DNA of 64,000 nt, taken from the NCBI RefSeq assembly GCF_009914755.1, contig NC_060937.1; one strand, 5' to 3'. Under the pieces are notes generated by a model. It had not been told where the DNA came from. It did no database searches and saw nothing but the letters and a program-made list of their open reading frames with translations. Origin of the DNA: the human T2T-CHM13v2.0 reference genome, Homo sapiens. A program made the position numbers and the translations under genes. Below are positions 1-19,076 of this stretch, in pieces (positions within the stretch are counted from its first letter, which is position 1; each line of letters begins with the position of its first letter).

Positions 1-2265
<2,265 letters not shown>

Positions 2266-2446
2266 GATTTGCTTTAAGATATCTTAGCAATAAAATGTGA
2301 AAATTGATGAAACAAGAATGGCAGAAGGTTGATGATTATCAAACATGGGTGATAGATATATAGCTGCTCAGCACACTATTTTTTTTTACTCTTCCTTGCA
2401 TTTAAAATGTTCCATAACAAAAAAAATTATATATATATAAATACAA

Positions 2447-2970
2447 TGTGCTGGGGCAGAGATTATTTCCCACTCCACATCATTCTCCCTTCCTTCTTCA
2501 CTAAAAGAAGCACTCAATATTACTCTCTGTACTCCCAGAAATTACATTTCCCAGTCTCCCTTGCATCTGCATGTTCAAAAAAGTTCTGAACCATGAGACG
2601 CAGATGTATGCAGATGTAAAGTGTGGGACTTCTGAGAAACTCCTTCAAGGAATCTGACTTAAAGATATGCTTTTAGCCCTCCCCCCTCAACTTTCTCTTT
2701 TCTTGGTTCTGAAATGTGCAAATGATGGCTGGCACCCTAGCAGCTATACTGGACCATATGGTGATGTTGAGGATAAAAGACACACTAAGATGATGCAACA
2801 CAAAAAATAAAAGGTTCCTGGGTTCCTGATGACTGTGGGGCTGTAGTGCCAGCCCTAGAGCACCTACTTCTTGTCATCATCTCTATAAGAGAGTATTCTT
2901 TTGTGTGTTTAAGCTACTCTAGTGGAGTCTTTGTCACCAACAACCTAAAACACAATATCTACATGATACA
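2447..2970 (+). mobile_element. MLT1J/I-like (or LTR33-like) solo LTR
   Basis: TG...GATACA termini; TTACATTTCCCAGTCTCCCTTGCA core typical of these old LTRs. Confidence 0.6.
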
Positions 2971-3155
2971 AGGGCTATACTGGAAAATAAGAGATTACTA
3001 TGAGAAAAATAGGTAAAAGGGACGACATTGTGATTAGGACAGAGGATGAAGGGGGCAGGGAAAATTTCTTTGAGGAGCTGACATTTTCCTGAGATCTAAA
3101 ACATGAATAAATGTTTGCCGTTGGTGTATGTCCATCAAATACTAAAAAAAAGAGG

Positions 3156-3442
3156 GGCTGAGTATGGTGGCACATGTCTGTAATATCACGCTTTTGGAGG
3201 CCAAGGAGGGAGAATCGCTCGAGCCCCAGAGTTTGAGACCAGCTTGGGCAACATGGTGAGAGCCCACCTCTACAGAAATTTAATTAAAAAAAAATTTTTA
3301 ATTAGCCAGGCATGGTGATGCACACCTGTAGTCCCAGCTACACTGGAGGCTGAGGTGGGAGAATTGTTTGAGCCCAGGAGGTCAAGGCTGCAGTGAACCA
3401 TAGAAAGTGAGACCCTGTCTCAAAAAATAAAAATAAATAAAA
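3156..3442 (+). mobile_element. AluJ, degenerate
   Basis: Dimeric Alu with GGTCAAGGCTGCAGTGA J-type right arm and A tail. Confidence 0.9.
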
Positions 3443-4926
3443 AGGAGGAATATTATGAAAATAAATGTCCAAGTAACATCCTGAAATTTGCAAAAATATT
3501 ACACTCTTCCCAAGTTTCAAAACCTATTTGCTGAATGAATTAGGGCAGTGAATGATTAGAGTAATATGGGCTGTCGGTGACAGAAGCCAATTGGCAGTTG
3601 TCAGTCTTAATAACCTGACTCTATATATGCACTGTCCCCCTTTTTCAAAGTGTGGATTTCAGGAACTCTGTCCATTTTTGCCCAGAATAACTCTAATTCA
3701 ATGGGAACCGAACTTTTCCACTGGGCTCTGAACTCTTCCCAAGCCACCCAATCTCTCCTGCCACGAGCACTGTCTCCTTGCGATGGTCCAGGTTGCCTCT
3801 CACCTGCCCCAAGACAAAGTATCCCAAGGTTAAATGTGGGACTCTGGAGAAACCAGAGAGGAAACAAGAGTGAGGCCCAACCACAGGGAGCCCAAGACTG
3901 GGCCCAGAGGAAGTGCGAGGGCAGGGGACTCGGGCTGAATGAAGGTCATCTGAATTTGGGAGTGTGTACCCAGTCTGCAAGATGGGAGAGCTGATCCCAG
4001 CCATCCTCTGACTCAAATGTGAACTTGCACCAATCGCTTCACCGCCCTACCCCTGAGTCTCAATGTCTTTTCATTTGTATAATGATGGTGAAAATCATGG
4101 TGGCACCCCTTTAGCCCTTAGGGATTCAGCTGTAAGTTTTCAGTTATCCCAATAACTTCGGGAAAGGCATGTTGGTACAGTTCATCCCTACAAGCAGAAG
4201 GCTGTCAAAGAGTTGATTCTGGACACAGCATCCAGAGGGTGGTGCAGAGCCATTTTTATCCCAACCCAGCACCTCTTGTTTCACCATGAATGGGAATCCT
4301 GGCTATCTTGTCTCTCTGGCCTTCCTCCCTTTCCGCCCCGCCTCCCAAAGCTCGCCTGTCTTTTCCAGTTCCTCTTTCCCCGGGACCGGGGAGCAACACA
4401 AAGTGTTGCCTCCAGGGGGGCAGGGCAATTGGGGAGGGTCTGTCCTGAGTCTTTTTTGAGCTTCAGAGGAGGAGACATCAGATTCTACAAAGTGGACTAT
4501 CTACAAGAAAAATAGTCTTGCGAACATTGTTGGTTTTTTAAAGACATAAATTTGTTATATTACAGTAATAAATCACAGTCTCTGCTGTGCTTACCATATA
4601 TTCCCTACCAAAGGAAAGGGGCAAGGGAGTGAGAAAGACAGAAGATAAAGAGGAAATAAAATTCCATTAAACTGTAGATATAAATTATCATCAAACACTG
4701 TGAGCTATGGAACATTTTGTGACAATTTGAATACAAACATCTGCCAGTTGCCTTCTGAGTTCACTTTTAAGGATCTTTGTGTACACTGGGCCCGCCCAGA
4801 TCATCCAGGACAATCTCCCTATCTTAAAGTTAGCTGTTTAACATCCTTAATTCCAACCTTAGTTCCAGACTCAAATATAGAGAATGAGAAGACAGAGTCG
4901 GCAAGAGTAGGTCTATGCATCGACTA

Positions 4927-5692
<766 letters not shown>

Positions 5693-7363
5693 CTTGCAAA
5701 TCCCCTCTTCAGGGCTGGAGAAGAAAAGGCCTGGATCACAACAAACCATGTCGAGGTGTCAGGGTCAAGAGTGCTGTGTCTGCTCCTGCCCCCACCAACC
5801 CCTCCACACCTATGCGCTGGTCCCGGTACTCAGTCAGCCGCACTACCAACCCACAGCCTCCACTTCATGGCTTTTCCAAGTAGGCCTCTAGCCCCTGAAT
5901 CCTCAGGCGTCCTAACGATCTGATGTTTCTAAAGGCTTCTTCCATCCCAGACCCCAGATTTAGCTTAGAGCAGGGGAGGAAATAAGGGTCAGCCAACTTC
6001 CTATGACCTCCGTGTCCCTCTGCCTCACTTACACATCAGCAACCTCAGCAGAAGTCTCCCGGCCGTTCTCTTCCTCACACCCCTCCTCCCTCAGGGCTGA
6101 CTCCACAGCCTCAGCCTGAACCAGCACAGGCAAGGGAGGAAACGTCTGGACAGTGTGCCGAAGGAGCTCTAATGATTCAAGTTCTCCAGGCATAGTTCTT
6201 GATATGCTAGATTAATTTAGGAATTTCTTCCTCTCACCGCCCTCCCTTCCTCATTCCCGTAAGCCAGTAGTCTGGCTAAGGATTAAATCTAAAATATTTT
6301 TTTAACAATTAAAACTGACCAATTGCTTTATTGATCTATTGGCTATCTGCCTTTCACTCGAAGCTCCCAAAACCCATTGCTTCTTTGAGTGCCAAGCCCC
6401 CAGGCTAACAAGGTTTATAGGCTATGGAAACACATCTGAAAATATTTCTAAAGTACACTCTGATTTCTCTAATATAGAAATATGTATCAACTGAGAAGTA
6501 AAAAAATGGAGGGTTACACTAGAGTCCAGGACAATCTGAAACCAATCTGAAAAGTGGTTAAAGCAGCTTCTAGCAAAGCCCCGAACCGGAAGGGAAATTT
6601 CTCTACCTGTGGTACGTTACTCACTTCTCACAATAAGCCACAGACATTGGGCAGGTCAGGAGGGAGTGTTTTTAGTCACAGGCTGTGAGAACATTTCATG
6701 AGAAGGTATTAGAAGCTATTAGGCTTCTTGTTGCTACTCTTCTTGACACTTACAAATCATGTAAAACCCCCCATCATAACCCATTGCCATCATTTAGTTT
6801 CTGAATGCATTTGGCTGAATGTGCTGTGTACTTGAATTTAAAAGCAAGGGAGCTTTTCCTTTGAGATACTGTGAGGCAGCAGGGTTTGGTCTATGATTAA
6901 AAATCCAATTCAAAGCCCCATCATTCAGGGGCCAAATGATCTTGTTACATAAAAGGGCTTTTAACAGAATTGTGCACATCTTAATTATGGGAGGACTGGG
7001 ATAGGGTTTGGTACCAACCTCCACTTAAAGGGCACGATAAAGAAGGAGCCCTGGAGCAGTGAGGGCCAGAACCTGTAGACGTGGCGGGGTCGGTGGGGAA
7101 GAACAGAAGGACGCATATCCTCTTCCTTGAGAGGAGCCTTTTGTGGCAGGCCACAGCCCAAGCCATAGGAGGCAGGAGAAACTGGGCACACTGTTCAATT
7201 TTATTTTTAAGGAAAAAGGAAAGGAGATTTCAAAGATTCAACAGCACTAATGGGTCAGTTTCTTCAAGCTGGGTTGATAAGATGTGCCTGGGGTCTTGCC
7301 AGGGAGAGGTCCCTGGGCAGTGCCCACAATTCATCCTCCCACGAGTTTGTTCTGTCTGTTGTA

Positions 7364-7669
7364 TTTTGTTTGTTTGTTTGTTTGTTTTTAAGACAGAGTC
7401 TTGCTCTGTTGCCCAGGCTGGAGGGCAATGGCGCAATCTCAGCTCACTGCAACCTTGACCTCCCAGGCTCAGGTCATCCTCTCACCTCAGCCTTCCAAGT
7501 AGCTGGGACTGCAGGTGTCGCCACTACACCCGGCTGATTTTTTGTATTTTTGTGGAGACAGAGTTGCGCTGTGTTGCACATGCTGGTCTTGAGCTCCTGG
7601 GCTCAAGCGATTTGCCCACCTCGGCCTTCCAAAGTGCTAAGATTACAGGCACGAGCCACTGCCACAGCC
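7364..7669 (-). mobile_element. AluJ
   Basis: Reverse Alu dimer with (TTTG)n tail. Confidence 0.92.
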
Positions 7670-7735
7670 TTTCTGTTGTCTTTCTAGTACAGTGTGGAAT
7701 GTGTCACACAGGATTATTTAAAAGTCTGCCAAACC

Positions 7736-8030
<295 letters not shown>

Positions 8031-8944
8031 GTCTGCCAAACAATGTTGGTAGTAGTGATGCTCAGTAACATACTGATAAGTGAAAAAAAAAAGCAGTTAA
8101 CAATACAGTATATATTATATCATTCTAATTTTGTTAAAAGCATTATGCAGATATGCTTTACATATGTGAGTATGATGCTAGAAGAAAATGCACAAAAATC
8201 TTAGAGTGTAATACTCATGTGTGATTTTAAAATGTTTCCTTTTTTTGTATTTCTCAATTTTCTACAATCGATATGTGTTGCTTTTATTATCCTAAAAACA
8301 AAGATTAATTAAAGCAAAACGTCAGGTCAGCCTCTTGCTAGGGAGAACAAAGTTTAAATTCCCTCTTCTCCTCCTCCTTTGGCAGATGATTCCGTCTTCT
8401 AATGAATTGAAACCAAACTCTGCAGAAGAGAAGTGAGGGGATAAGAATTTCTGGGTGAACTTCTCTACACACGGGTAACCAAAGGGTTAGTGGGGCTGCA
8501 GAGGTTGGCAGGTCCCGTGGGTAGGGATGGGGCGGGTCCCATGTTGCTGAGAAACCTGCTCTTCTCTTTGGGGGCTGCAAGGCACTCATCCAGGGCCCTC
8601 TGCTGGATACAGAGGTTGTCCTCACAACCTCTGGGTCTGGGTGACCAGGGAGATTTGAAAACAGGGCAGGTGGCCAAGATCCTGGGCAGGACTAGTTGAG
8701 TCTTTGAGGTGTCAGGTGGGAAGCAGAGAGAGTGAAGTCACAGGCTGTGTTTTCTCAGCACAGCCAGTTCCATTTGGTAGGCAGGTGTGGAGGACAGAAT
8801 GTCCACAGTTCCTGAGAGCACAGCAAGCCAGCTGGGCGCGGGCAGCTTCCACAGCCATCTCCCAAGGACAACATCCTGCCCAAAGGCAGGCTTTCAGAGA
8901 GGTCCCTGCCCCTGACTCCAGGTATTATGGTGTAACAGAAGGAG

Positions 8945-9110
8945 CTCGGCCTAAGTCAAATGAGTTACCTTCTAGCTGTGTGACCGTGAGCAATGGCTGA
9001 ACTTCCTGAACCTGTACTCTTATCTGTAAAAATGGGAATAATATAGTAACAATCCCACTGAGTTGTTGGGAGTTTTAATGAGAATGTGTATATTAAACAC
9101 ACTCTGTAAT
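8945..9110 (+). mobile_element. MIR
   Basis: CTAGCTGTGTGACC..TCTGTAAAAATGGGAATAATATAGTA core. Confidence 0.7.
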
Positions 9111-9314
9111 TGTGCCATAGTAAACAAAGCCTTGTTATTCTCATAAGGAGACAGGAGCCTAACCTTCTGCGCCCCTATTCTCCATCAAGGCAGGACCTGA
9201 TTAGGCAAAGGTCACAGTCGTGAGCCATCTGAACAAAGAAGCCCCTGTCCACTTTTGCCATCTCCTCTGCCACCCTCTCCTACACATGCCAGCTTCCAGC
9301 AGAGCATGCACTCA

Positions 9315-9795
<481 letters not shown>

Positions 9796-10765
9796 TTAGA
9801 AGTTTCCACTGAAACACTGAGACAACAGACAGTAGACACTACATTAAGTTGTGAAGCAAACCAGCCTGGAGCCCTAGCAAAGGTGGGGATTGCCAAGAAC
9901 AGTCCAGAAACTCAGATCCTCCTACTGTGGAGGGTATGAGGGGACTCTAGGAAGAGGGATTTGGGAGGACAACTTTTGAAGAATCCCTTGTTTGCTGAGT
10001 CCCACTCTCCCTAAAGAGAAAGGACAGAGGTTGGGTCCCCGTCTACCTCAATGCAAGAAAGCAGAGCTTTAAGGAGACCACCTGGAGATTGATGTGAATC
10101 CCTTCCAGTTTGGGGACAGGAACAGGGAAGGCTGGTGTCTGTCTCCAGGTGAGAAGTCTGAAGAGCACAGGGAAGCCTGGATAGGTGCTCCCAAGCAAGG
10201 GAGAGCTGCTGCATTGGGAAGGCACTGCCCTCCCAGGATCTACTGGGGCAAAATGTGTCTAGAAGTTCCCAGGGCCCCACTCTGGGTAGGGCAGGAGGAG
10301 GCTGTGTGGGGCTTCAAGCTGCTGTCCGCCCGAGAGCTAGAGGCAGACTGCTGGGACACGAGGGGCTGGGAAGGTCAGACTAGAGCTGCTTCCGAATTCC
10401 TGGGGATAAATGGAGGGGGTGGGAGGAAGGCTCCCAAGAACCCACAAAAGCTCCCAGGAGAAAACAAGTCAGCTCTGAGCCCCTGGCAGCACGGAGAGGA
10501 CGAAGCCAGTTATGACCATGTCTGAGGCGGAAGAGCTTCCCGTCGCCCTCATCTCCCTCCCCACACCCCAACCCAGGGCAGCTCAATCGCTACTAGACCG
10601 TGAGGAAGCGAGCATGGAAGGAGGTGAGCAAGGAAGAGAAAGGAGGCGACCCCATGCAGATTGTTGACCATGGCCAGACCGCTGGACAGAGCAGAGGACT
10701 GCAGTGGTGACCAGTACATGAGCATGGAGATCTGATTTCTGAAAGTGAAAATGACTAAACAACAT

Positions 10766-11940
<1,175 letters not shown>

Positions 11941-12074
11941 GCACCCTCAGAGTCACCAGGGAAGCCCTGAGACCTTCCATCCGGACACACAGGGCAGTGG
12001 GAGAAAGAAAACCAGGCTGCTTTCCTGACTACACCGCAGGAATTTCCTTATTCAATGAATCAAGGTGCAAATTA

Positions 12075-12285
12075 CACATTTACTGAGCCTGCTGAGCACT
12101 GTGGCAAGCCCTATTCCTAGCCCTTTACTATTATTAAATCATTGAACCCTTACAACCACCATATAATGTAGTATCCCTGTGTTTACGATGAGAAAACGGA
12201 GGCACAGAGAAATTAAGTAACTTGCCCAAAGTTCACATGGATGGAAAGCAGTGGAGGCTGAGTTTCAAGCCAGATCCATCCTTCA
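12075..12285 (-). mobile_element. MIR
   Basis: GATGAGAAAACGGAGGCACAGAGAAATTAAGTAACTTGCCCAA core. Confidence 0.8.
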
Positions 12286-14001
12286 AACCTTCACTCAAGG
12301 GCTCCCCCAGCGCCATCTTTGAACTCTCCAGGATCCCAGAGCAACTCTTAGGGTGTGTTTCATGCTGAACTGCAATTGGTGGGGAGGCCCCAGTTAGGCA
12401 GTGATCTTCCTCGGCACAAGGGCTAGATCTCACTCATTTTTGTGGGACAGGACCGAACCTCGGGGCATCAAACTGTTTAGTCATGCCTGTCTCCTCTCCC
12501 CCGAAGACAGCTCTGGCCCCACACACCCTTGCTCTGCCCTGGCCCAACCGGCTCTTTGGGTTTAGTGATGGCGAGCTGGGAGCTGGGGCAAAAGACACAG
12601 AAGAGGCCGGAAGGCTAGGGAGGAGTTTTTCAGAGAGTTTGGGAGAGGAATGGGATGACTGTCAGGGGTGAAGAGAGTGGAGAAGAGAGAAAAGGCATAA
12701 TTTAAGGTACAGGCCAGAATCCACTTAGGGGTGGTCAAGAATCACATGCAAGATTTGCTAGAGATTACATTTTTGGTGGCTGGACTGTGGCTTTTATTGT
12801 TCATTTCATTTTGTTTCTGTCGAACTATGCTCTGAGGCTGACTGTGTCCTGGCTTCCCAATCCTGCCGGATCTCTATTCCCAGAACCTAGTGTCTGATGC
12901 ACAGTGGGTGCCTGGTAAATGTTTGCTGAACTGAATTGGAAGTACCTTGCTAAGAATTCTGTAACTCACAGCCCAGCCGCGTGCTTCAGAGGGTGAATGG
13001 GGACTGAGGAAAAGCTGGGAAAATAATCCCGGAAATGCACACTGAGAGGCAGCCTTGGGGTAACTTGACCTCAACTATTTAATAAAGACCTAAGAGTTAA
13101 TTGGTGTGTGGTTTAGGGTCGGGCAGGCTGACAGGAGCCTGGGCTGGTGCTCACACTGTCAGAGCTTGGGCAAAGTGGGTAAGTGTAAGGCCTCCCTGAC
13201 TCCTACACCTAGGCTTCAAATTGTTCCTCCGGGTGGTGTGAGTCAGAGGTGAGGGTGGGCGATTTGACCTCCCACAATCCCAGCTTTGCCACATCTGTGT
13301 GGTTAGAGCGTGGCCTTCCAGCCCTTTTTGATTAACTTATATTTACCTTCTTCTACTTTTAGGTAACCTTTGACAATGCCCACTCTTTGAAATGGTCCAT
13401 CCAAGGGATTTCAAGAGGTCAGCATCTTGTGTCAGGTATTTTATAAAGGAGCCTTCTTTCCTACATGTGGAGCCCAGCTGGGGAGAAGTATGTTAAGAAG
13501 CCAGCCTTGAAATACCCATATGACACATCATCAATTCAAGACCAGTCCTCACTTTTCTGCCACTTCGTTAGGGGATTTTTTCAGACACTGTGGGACAGGA
13601 GGCCTTGAGAGGGGTCAGTGCTCTTTCTATCAGGAGTTCAATGAAAAGTCTTATCTTTGCCAGCCTCAAAAATAAGGTCAAGAAGAAACAGTCTCTCGGT
13701 TTACAGTTGGACAGTTGTAGCCTCAAGAACAAATGAGGTATTAATATTAGCTAGGAATCTCTGACAAGGACCAGAACTTGCATCCTCAGATATCTTCAGT
13801 GTTGTGGGTCTTCAGCACAGCCTTGAAGATAATTCCTAAAAAGGCTCAGTCCACAAAAATATCACCAACTTCAAAACAAATTCACATCACATCATTATTG
13901 CTCAGGAACAAATGCTTCAGATAAAAGTAGAAAAGCCAGATAACTCAAACTACAGAGGAAGAAATGAGACCTCAAACTTTTGCTGCCACTTGGGAACAAC
14001 A

Positions 14002-14362
<361 letters not shown>

Positions 14363-14551
14363 TAGCAAGGGGCTCTTTGCAAACACAAACAACAGAGAAA
14401 TATTGTTGTGAACAGGCACTTGGCTGACTTTTGTCAGAGTGGTTTTAACTATTTAATACAGAAGATAAGAAATAGGACTTTGTTTTTCAACTTGGTATAA
14501 TTTCAGTAGGAAGTTTATGTCTACTTTTCTGCTTAATGTGTTTCTTCTTAG

Positions 14552-15787
14552 TGTAACATGGAATTTTGGGGCAGAGATTAAGAGGTACCTGCTGAGGAAG
14601 ATATTTATAAATTATGACAGCCTTCCCACGTCTGGTGGAGGGGGGCTGGAGGTTACCTGAAGGGGAATCATTACCCCCTCCCCTGCATCATATCAGGATC
14701 TCCTTTTAGTCTTATGAGCCACACAGTGTTTAAATTATATAGAGCCAGAACACATCTGCTGCCCAGAGGGAAGGAGACAATGGAACTGTTTGCGGCCAGA
14801 TACAGGTTCCCGAAAAATAAATATCCTTTGGTTTGCCCAGCAGATATCTAGGGACAAATGGGTCACTTTCATATTTCAAAATGGCATGCATACGGCAAGA
14901 TGACAGCATACTTCAAAACAAGGCGCTGCGGAACGCCAGGGACATCTGGGCGAAGTCCTGGGCTTGCTCCTTGGTGGAGCAGTGTGCAAGGCAGATTGCT
15001 GGAGACACAGCAGGCATGCTCAGGTATTGCGAGTGAGCACCGAGGAACCGAGGCAGCTCATGCGGCACACCTTGGCTGAGTCCGACATGGAACAAGATAT
15101 GGGCGGTCATCTTTCAGATACCCTCTGTAGCGGGGACCATCCCAGGGGAGGAACAAACCATGCAAGACTCGTCTCCAACAGCGACACCGTGTGGCAGCTA
15201 CGCCAGCTGCAGGCGTGGGCCGCTCAGGCTCGTATCTGGCTCAGCCGGAAGAGGCAGGACTGAGTCCCTTTGGCTCAATAAGGCCCTGGGATCATAAGCC
15301 CTGTGCCCCAAGCTTGGGCAGCCGCTCGTGCCAGTTACATTCATTTTCATCTCTCTCACAATTGCTCTGTGTGTAAGCTCTATGTGTAGCTGTATTGATT
15401 TATGGGTTGCTTGTGTCTCTGAATTTCTGGCCTCTTGGTAAAAGTCAGGACTACCCTTAATAGGCCCTGTTTTGGGGCCGGGTGCGGTGGCTCACGCCTA
15501 TAATCCCAGCACTTTGGGAGGCTGAAGCGGGCGGATCATGAGGTCAGGAGATCGAGACCATCCTGGCTAACACGGTAGAACCCCGCCTCTACAAAAAATT
15601 AGCCGGGCGTGGTGACGGGAGTAGTCCCAGAGAATGGCGTGAACCCAGGAGGCGGAGCTTGCAGTGAGCCGAGATCGCATCACTGCCCTCCAGCCTGGGC
15701 AACAGAGTGAGACTCCGTCTCAAAAAAATAAATAAATCATAAATAAAAAATAAATTAAATAAACCCTGTTTTTTGAGAGGATCTTAT
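14552..15787 (+). mobile_element. Probable ancient LTR (LTR78-like), interrupted by AluY
   Basis: TGTAAC start and degenerate CTTA(C/T)A end; residual CpGs at 14900-15330; family call from memory and weak. Confidence 0.35.
15476..15763 (+). mobile_element. AluY with internal deletions
   Basis: Y diagnostics; flanking CCCTGTTTT duplication. Confidence 0.94.
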
Positions 15788-15844
15788 AGAAGTCCCTCAG
15801 AGTAGCAACAGTATACACACTGCTGGAAAAGTACCGTTCCTTCC

Positions 15845-16202
15845 TGATATGGTTTGGCTGTGTCCCCACCCAAATTTCATCTTGAATTCCCATGTGTTGC
15901 GGGAGGGACCCGGTGGGAGGTAACTGAATCATGGGGGAGGGTCTTTCCCATGCTGTTCTCGTGATCGTGAATAAGTCTTACAAGATCTGATGGTTTTGAA
16001 AAACGGGAGTCTCCCTGCACAAGCTCTCTCTTTGCCTGCCACCATCCACGTAAGGTGTGTCTTGCTCCTTCTTGCCTTCCACCATGATTGTGAGGTTTCC
16101 CCAGCCACGTGGAACTGTGGATTCTCCATTAAACCTCTTTCCTTTGTAAACTGCCCAGTCTCCGGCATGTCTTTATCAGCAGCATGAAAACGGACTAATA
16201 CA
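15845..16202 (+). mobile_element. THE1 (THE1A-like) MaLR solo LTR
   Basis: TGATATGGTTTGGCTGTGTCCCCACCCAAAT start; ATTAAA polyA signal; GAAAACGGACTAATACA end; 358 bp. Confidence 0.93.
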
Positions 16203-16879
16203 CCCCACTGACTGGGTAAAAAAAGGACTCAGTGTTTCCAGGGCTCAACTGGCTGCTGGAATGCTATCAGACCCCTCCTCTTCGGTCCATAAGCACCCAC
16301 CCCACTCGAGGTGGTAAGAAACTGTAACCCCTAACTCTGCTCTTTGCGCAGGGATCTCCCCTTTCTTTCCCCTGGGTCTCAGGAAGTCAGCAGTGCCAAT
16401 GCAGCTTTCTCCTGTCTTCCTCAAATGCTGTGAGTGTGAACTTCCTGCACAGAGAACAGCTGCAGTGGGGTCCACCCTGGGACAGTGCTGCTCAATCAGG
16501 TATCAGTCAAGTGAGCATAAAGACTAATGTCACATACCTCTCTTCCCTACAGCAGAAGAAAGTGCCTGAAAAAGAGACCGAGTGGGCTGGACTAACCTTT
16601 AGTATTTAAGTACCGTTTTCTCACATGTCTTAGTCACGTAGGGAAGCCACTAAAAGGTGAATTGTAAGTGGGGAGAAGAAAATGGATCTGTGGAAATTAA
16701 ACGGAAACTTATTTGAAATATGATGGAGGTGACACTCTGCAATTTGCCTCCCAGCCCAGGTCACAGACTTTCCATCCATCTCAGTGTGTCTCACTCTTCA
16801 CTCAAAGCACCTGTTGATGCCAGGTGTGCTGGCTATCTCAGAAGACCATGAATGAATATAGGATTCTTCAGACGTCCCT

Positions 16880-17375
16880 ATTTTGTTAGGGAGTATAATC
16901 CCAGGGAGCAGGGCCAAGGGAGAAAGGGAAGGAAGCAGAGAAGGAAAGAGAACCAACTCAGGAGGGCCAGTTACTGAGCTGCCTGCCACCAGGTGCCAAT
17001 GATGGCTACATCTGTGGGCACTCATTCAAAATATATTTAACACTCATTAAACCCCAGGTGCTTCTCACAGAGAAATCATGTGAATGGCATCTAAAGTCTG
17101 TCCATGGGAATGCAGGGAAGGGAAGAATTGACCATCATCTCTTGCCTTCACTGGGCAAAGATTCACCCCAGAGGGCATTAACTCCCCAACACTTCCAGCT
17201 TGCACATGTATGGGCACCAGGCAGGTCTCTGCCCTGAGCCGGGAGGTGACCAGTGTGCACATAGGCAAGGCACTGTTGTACCTGTGTGATGTCAACTGGA
17301 GCCCATGTGCCACAGCAGCTGAGACAAGAGGCAGGTGAGGGCAAGAGGATCTGAAGCACCATCCTGGGAAGCATT
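16880..17375 (-). mobile_element. LTR16-like ERVL LTR
   Basis: ATCCCAGGGAGCAG..GCATTAACTCCCC..GAGGATCTGA motifs, recalled. Confidence 0.45.
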
Positions 17376-18333
17376 AGAAGAACAGGACTATAGCAACTGT
17401 TTGCAACTCTGCACTGGGACATCTAGACCTGTGTCTTGGTGGCAGCCAGTATAATGTGAAAAAGCCAGACTCTCCCAGAGACCCAAGTGACACCAAGCAC
17501 GTACTAAGTCTGAGCAGTAAATGGGACTTCACAGGCCTTTGTGGTCTTCTGAAAATGTTCTACGCTCTGGTTCATAATCCACATCCTCCACCACTTTGGA
17601 ACCCAGCAGAATCATAATCCAACCCTCTCTCCTCCAGGAAGGCAGTTAGAAAAGAGGTGTCACAAGTCTGCAGTCAGCCCATGTTCAAGTACCAGGTCTG
17701 CCACCTACTGGCTTCGTGACCTTCTGCAAGATTCCTAAACTTGCTTGAGCCTCAGTGTCTTCCTCTGTAAAATGGGAAGTTGTGCTATCAAATGACATCA
17801 TTGAATGTAATGTTTAGCCAGCCCATTGTCCAGCTCCAGCTCCCCATAAATCCTCCACAAATAGAAGTTGTTGTGATTATTATGCCGCCAAACTCTGTGT
17901 ACCTCCGGGAGCATCAGGTTTCTCAGGGGAAAATTAGGATGGTGTGATACACCGAAAGGATTCTAAACCTTTAAATATATCATCAACTTCTCCCCCCTTG
18001 TGGGCAAATAGGAAACTTGGCAACAGGAAAATGGGCTGAAACAGAAATAAAATTGGGTAGTAAAATTAGCATCACATTTTTCCATCTTTGTTCAGGCCCC
18101 ATCAGGAGTGGGTCAGTTCTGGAAGAAGGGAAATGAATTCATCCTAAAAGAGAATCTGGTATTCTTTGCCCCACTGTCAGACTCAGTGTTTCATCCTCAA
18201 GGTGATGCTTGTGAATGACTTCATACTTTTATGAAAATAGTCCCGAGTGCTTAACTTTTCATAAGCAGACATACCCTATTCCTTGACACAAAGAGGATCC
18301 ATGCTACTTTGCTTTTTGAGTACTTAACAATCA

Positions 18334-18671
<338 letters not shown>

Positions 18672-18928
18672 GAATCGTAGCTTTTTTTTCTTGCTTTCAG
18701 TTAGTTAAGGACCTTATTGCCCACCCCCCCACCCCCGCCAGGTGTCTACACAGCTCTGAATTTGTGCCAGGCCTCACACTGGGCTTGGGGATAGGGAGCT
18801 GAGCCTCTAGGGGAAAATTACTTAGAAGGGAACACACGTCCCGAGATAGGTGCACATAAAGAGGCAGGCATTTGTTTAACAGACACTCACTGAGCACTTC
18901 CTAAGCCCAAGAGCTGTGCTGAAAGTCA

Positions 18929-19076
<148 letters not shown>

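Noticed and set aside
2541-2556. ZNF143-like ACTACATTTCCCAG motifs here and at ~20817 and ~38298
   Set aside because: Part of the old LTR consensus and degenerate in each copy
13370-13980. Possible processed pseudogene or ERV internal fragment
   Set aside because: No ORF, polyA/TSD or recognisable homology
15840-16207. TSD around the THE1 LTR
   Set aside because: The flanks CTTCC and CCCCA do not match convincingly
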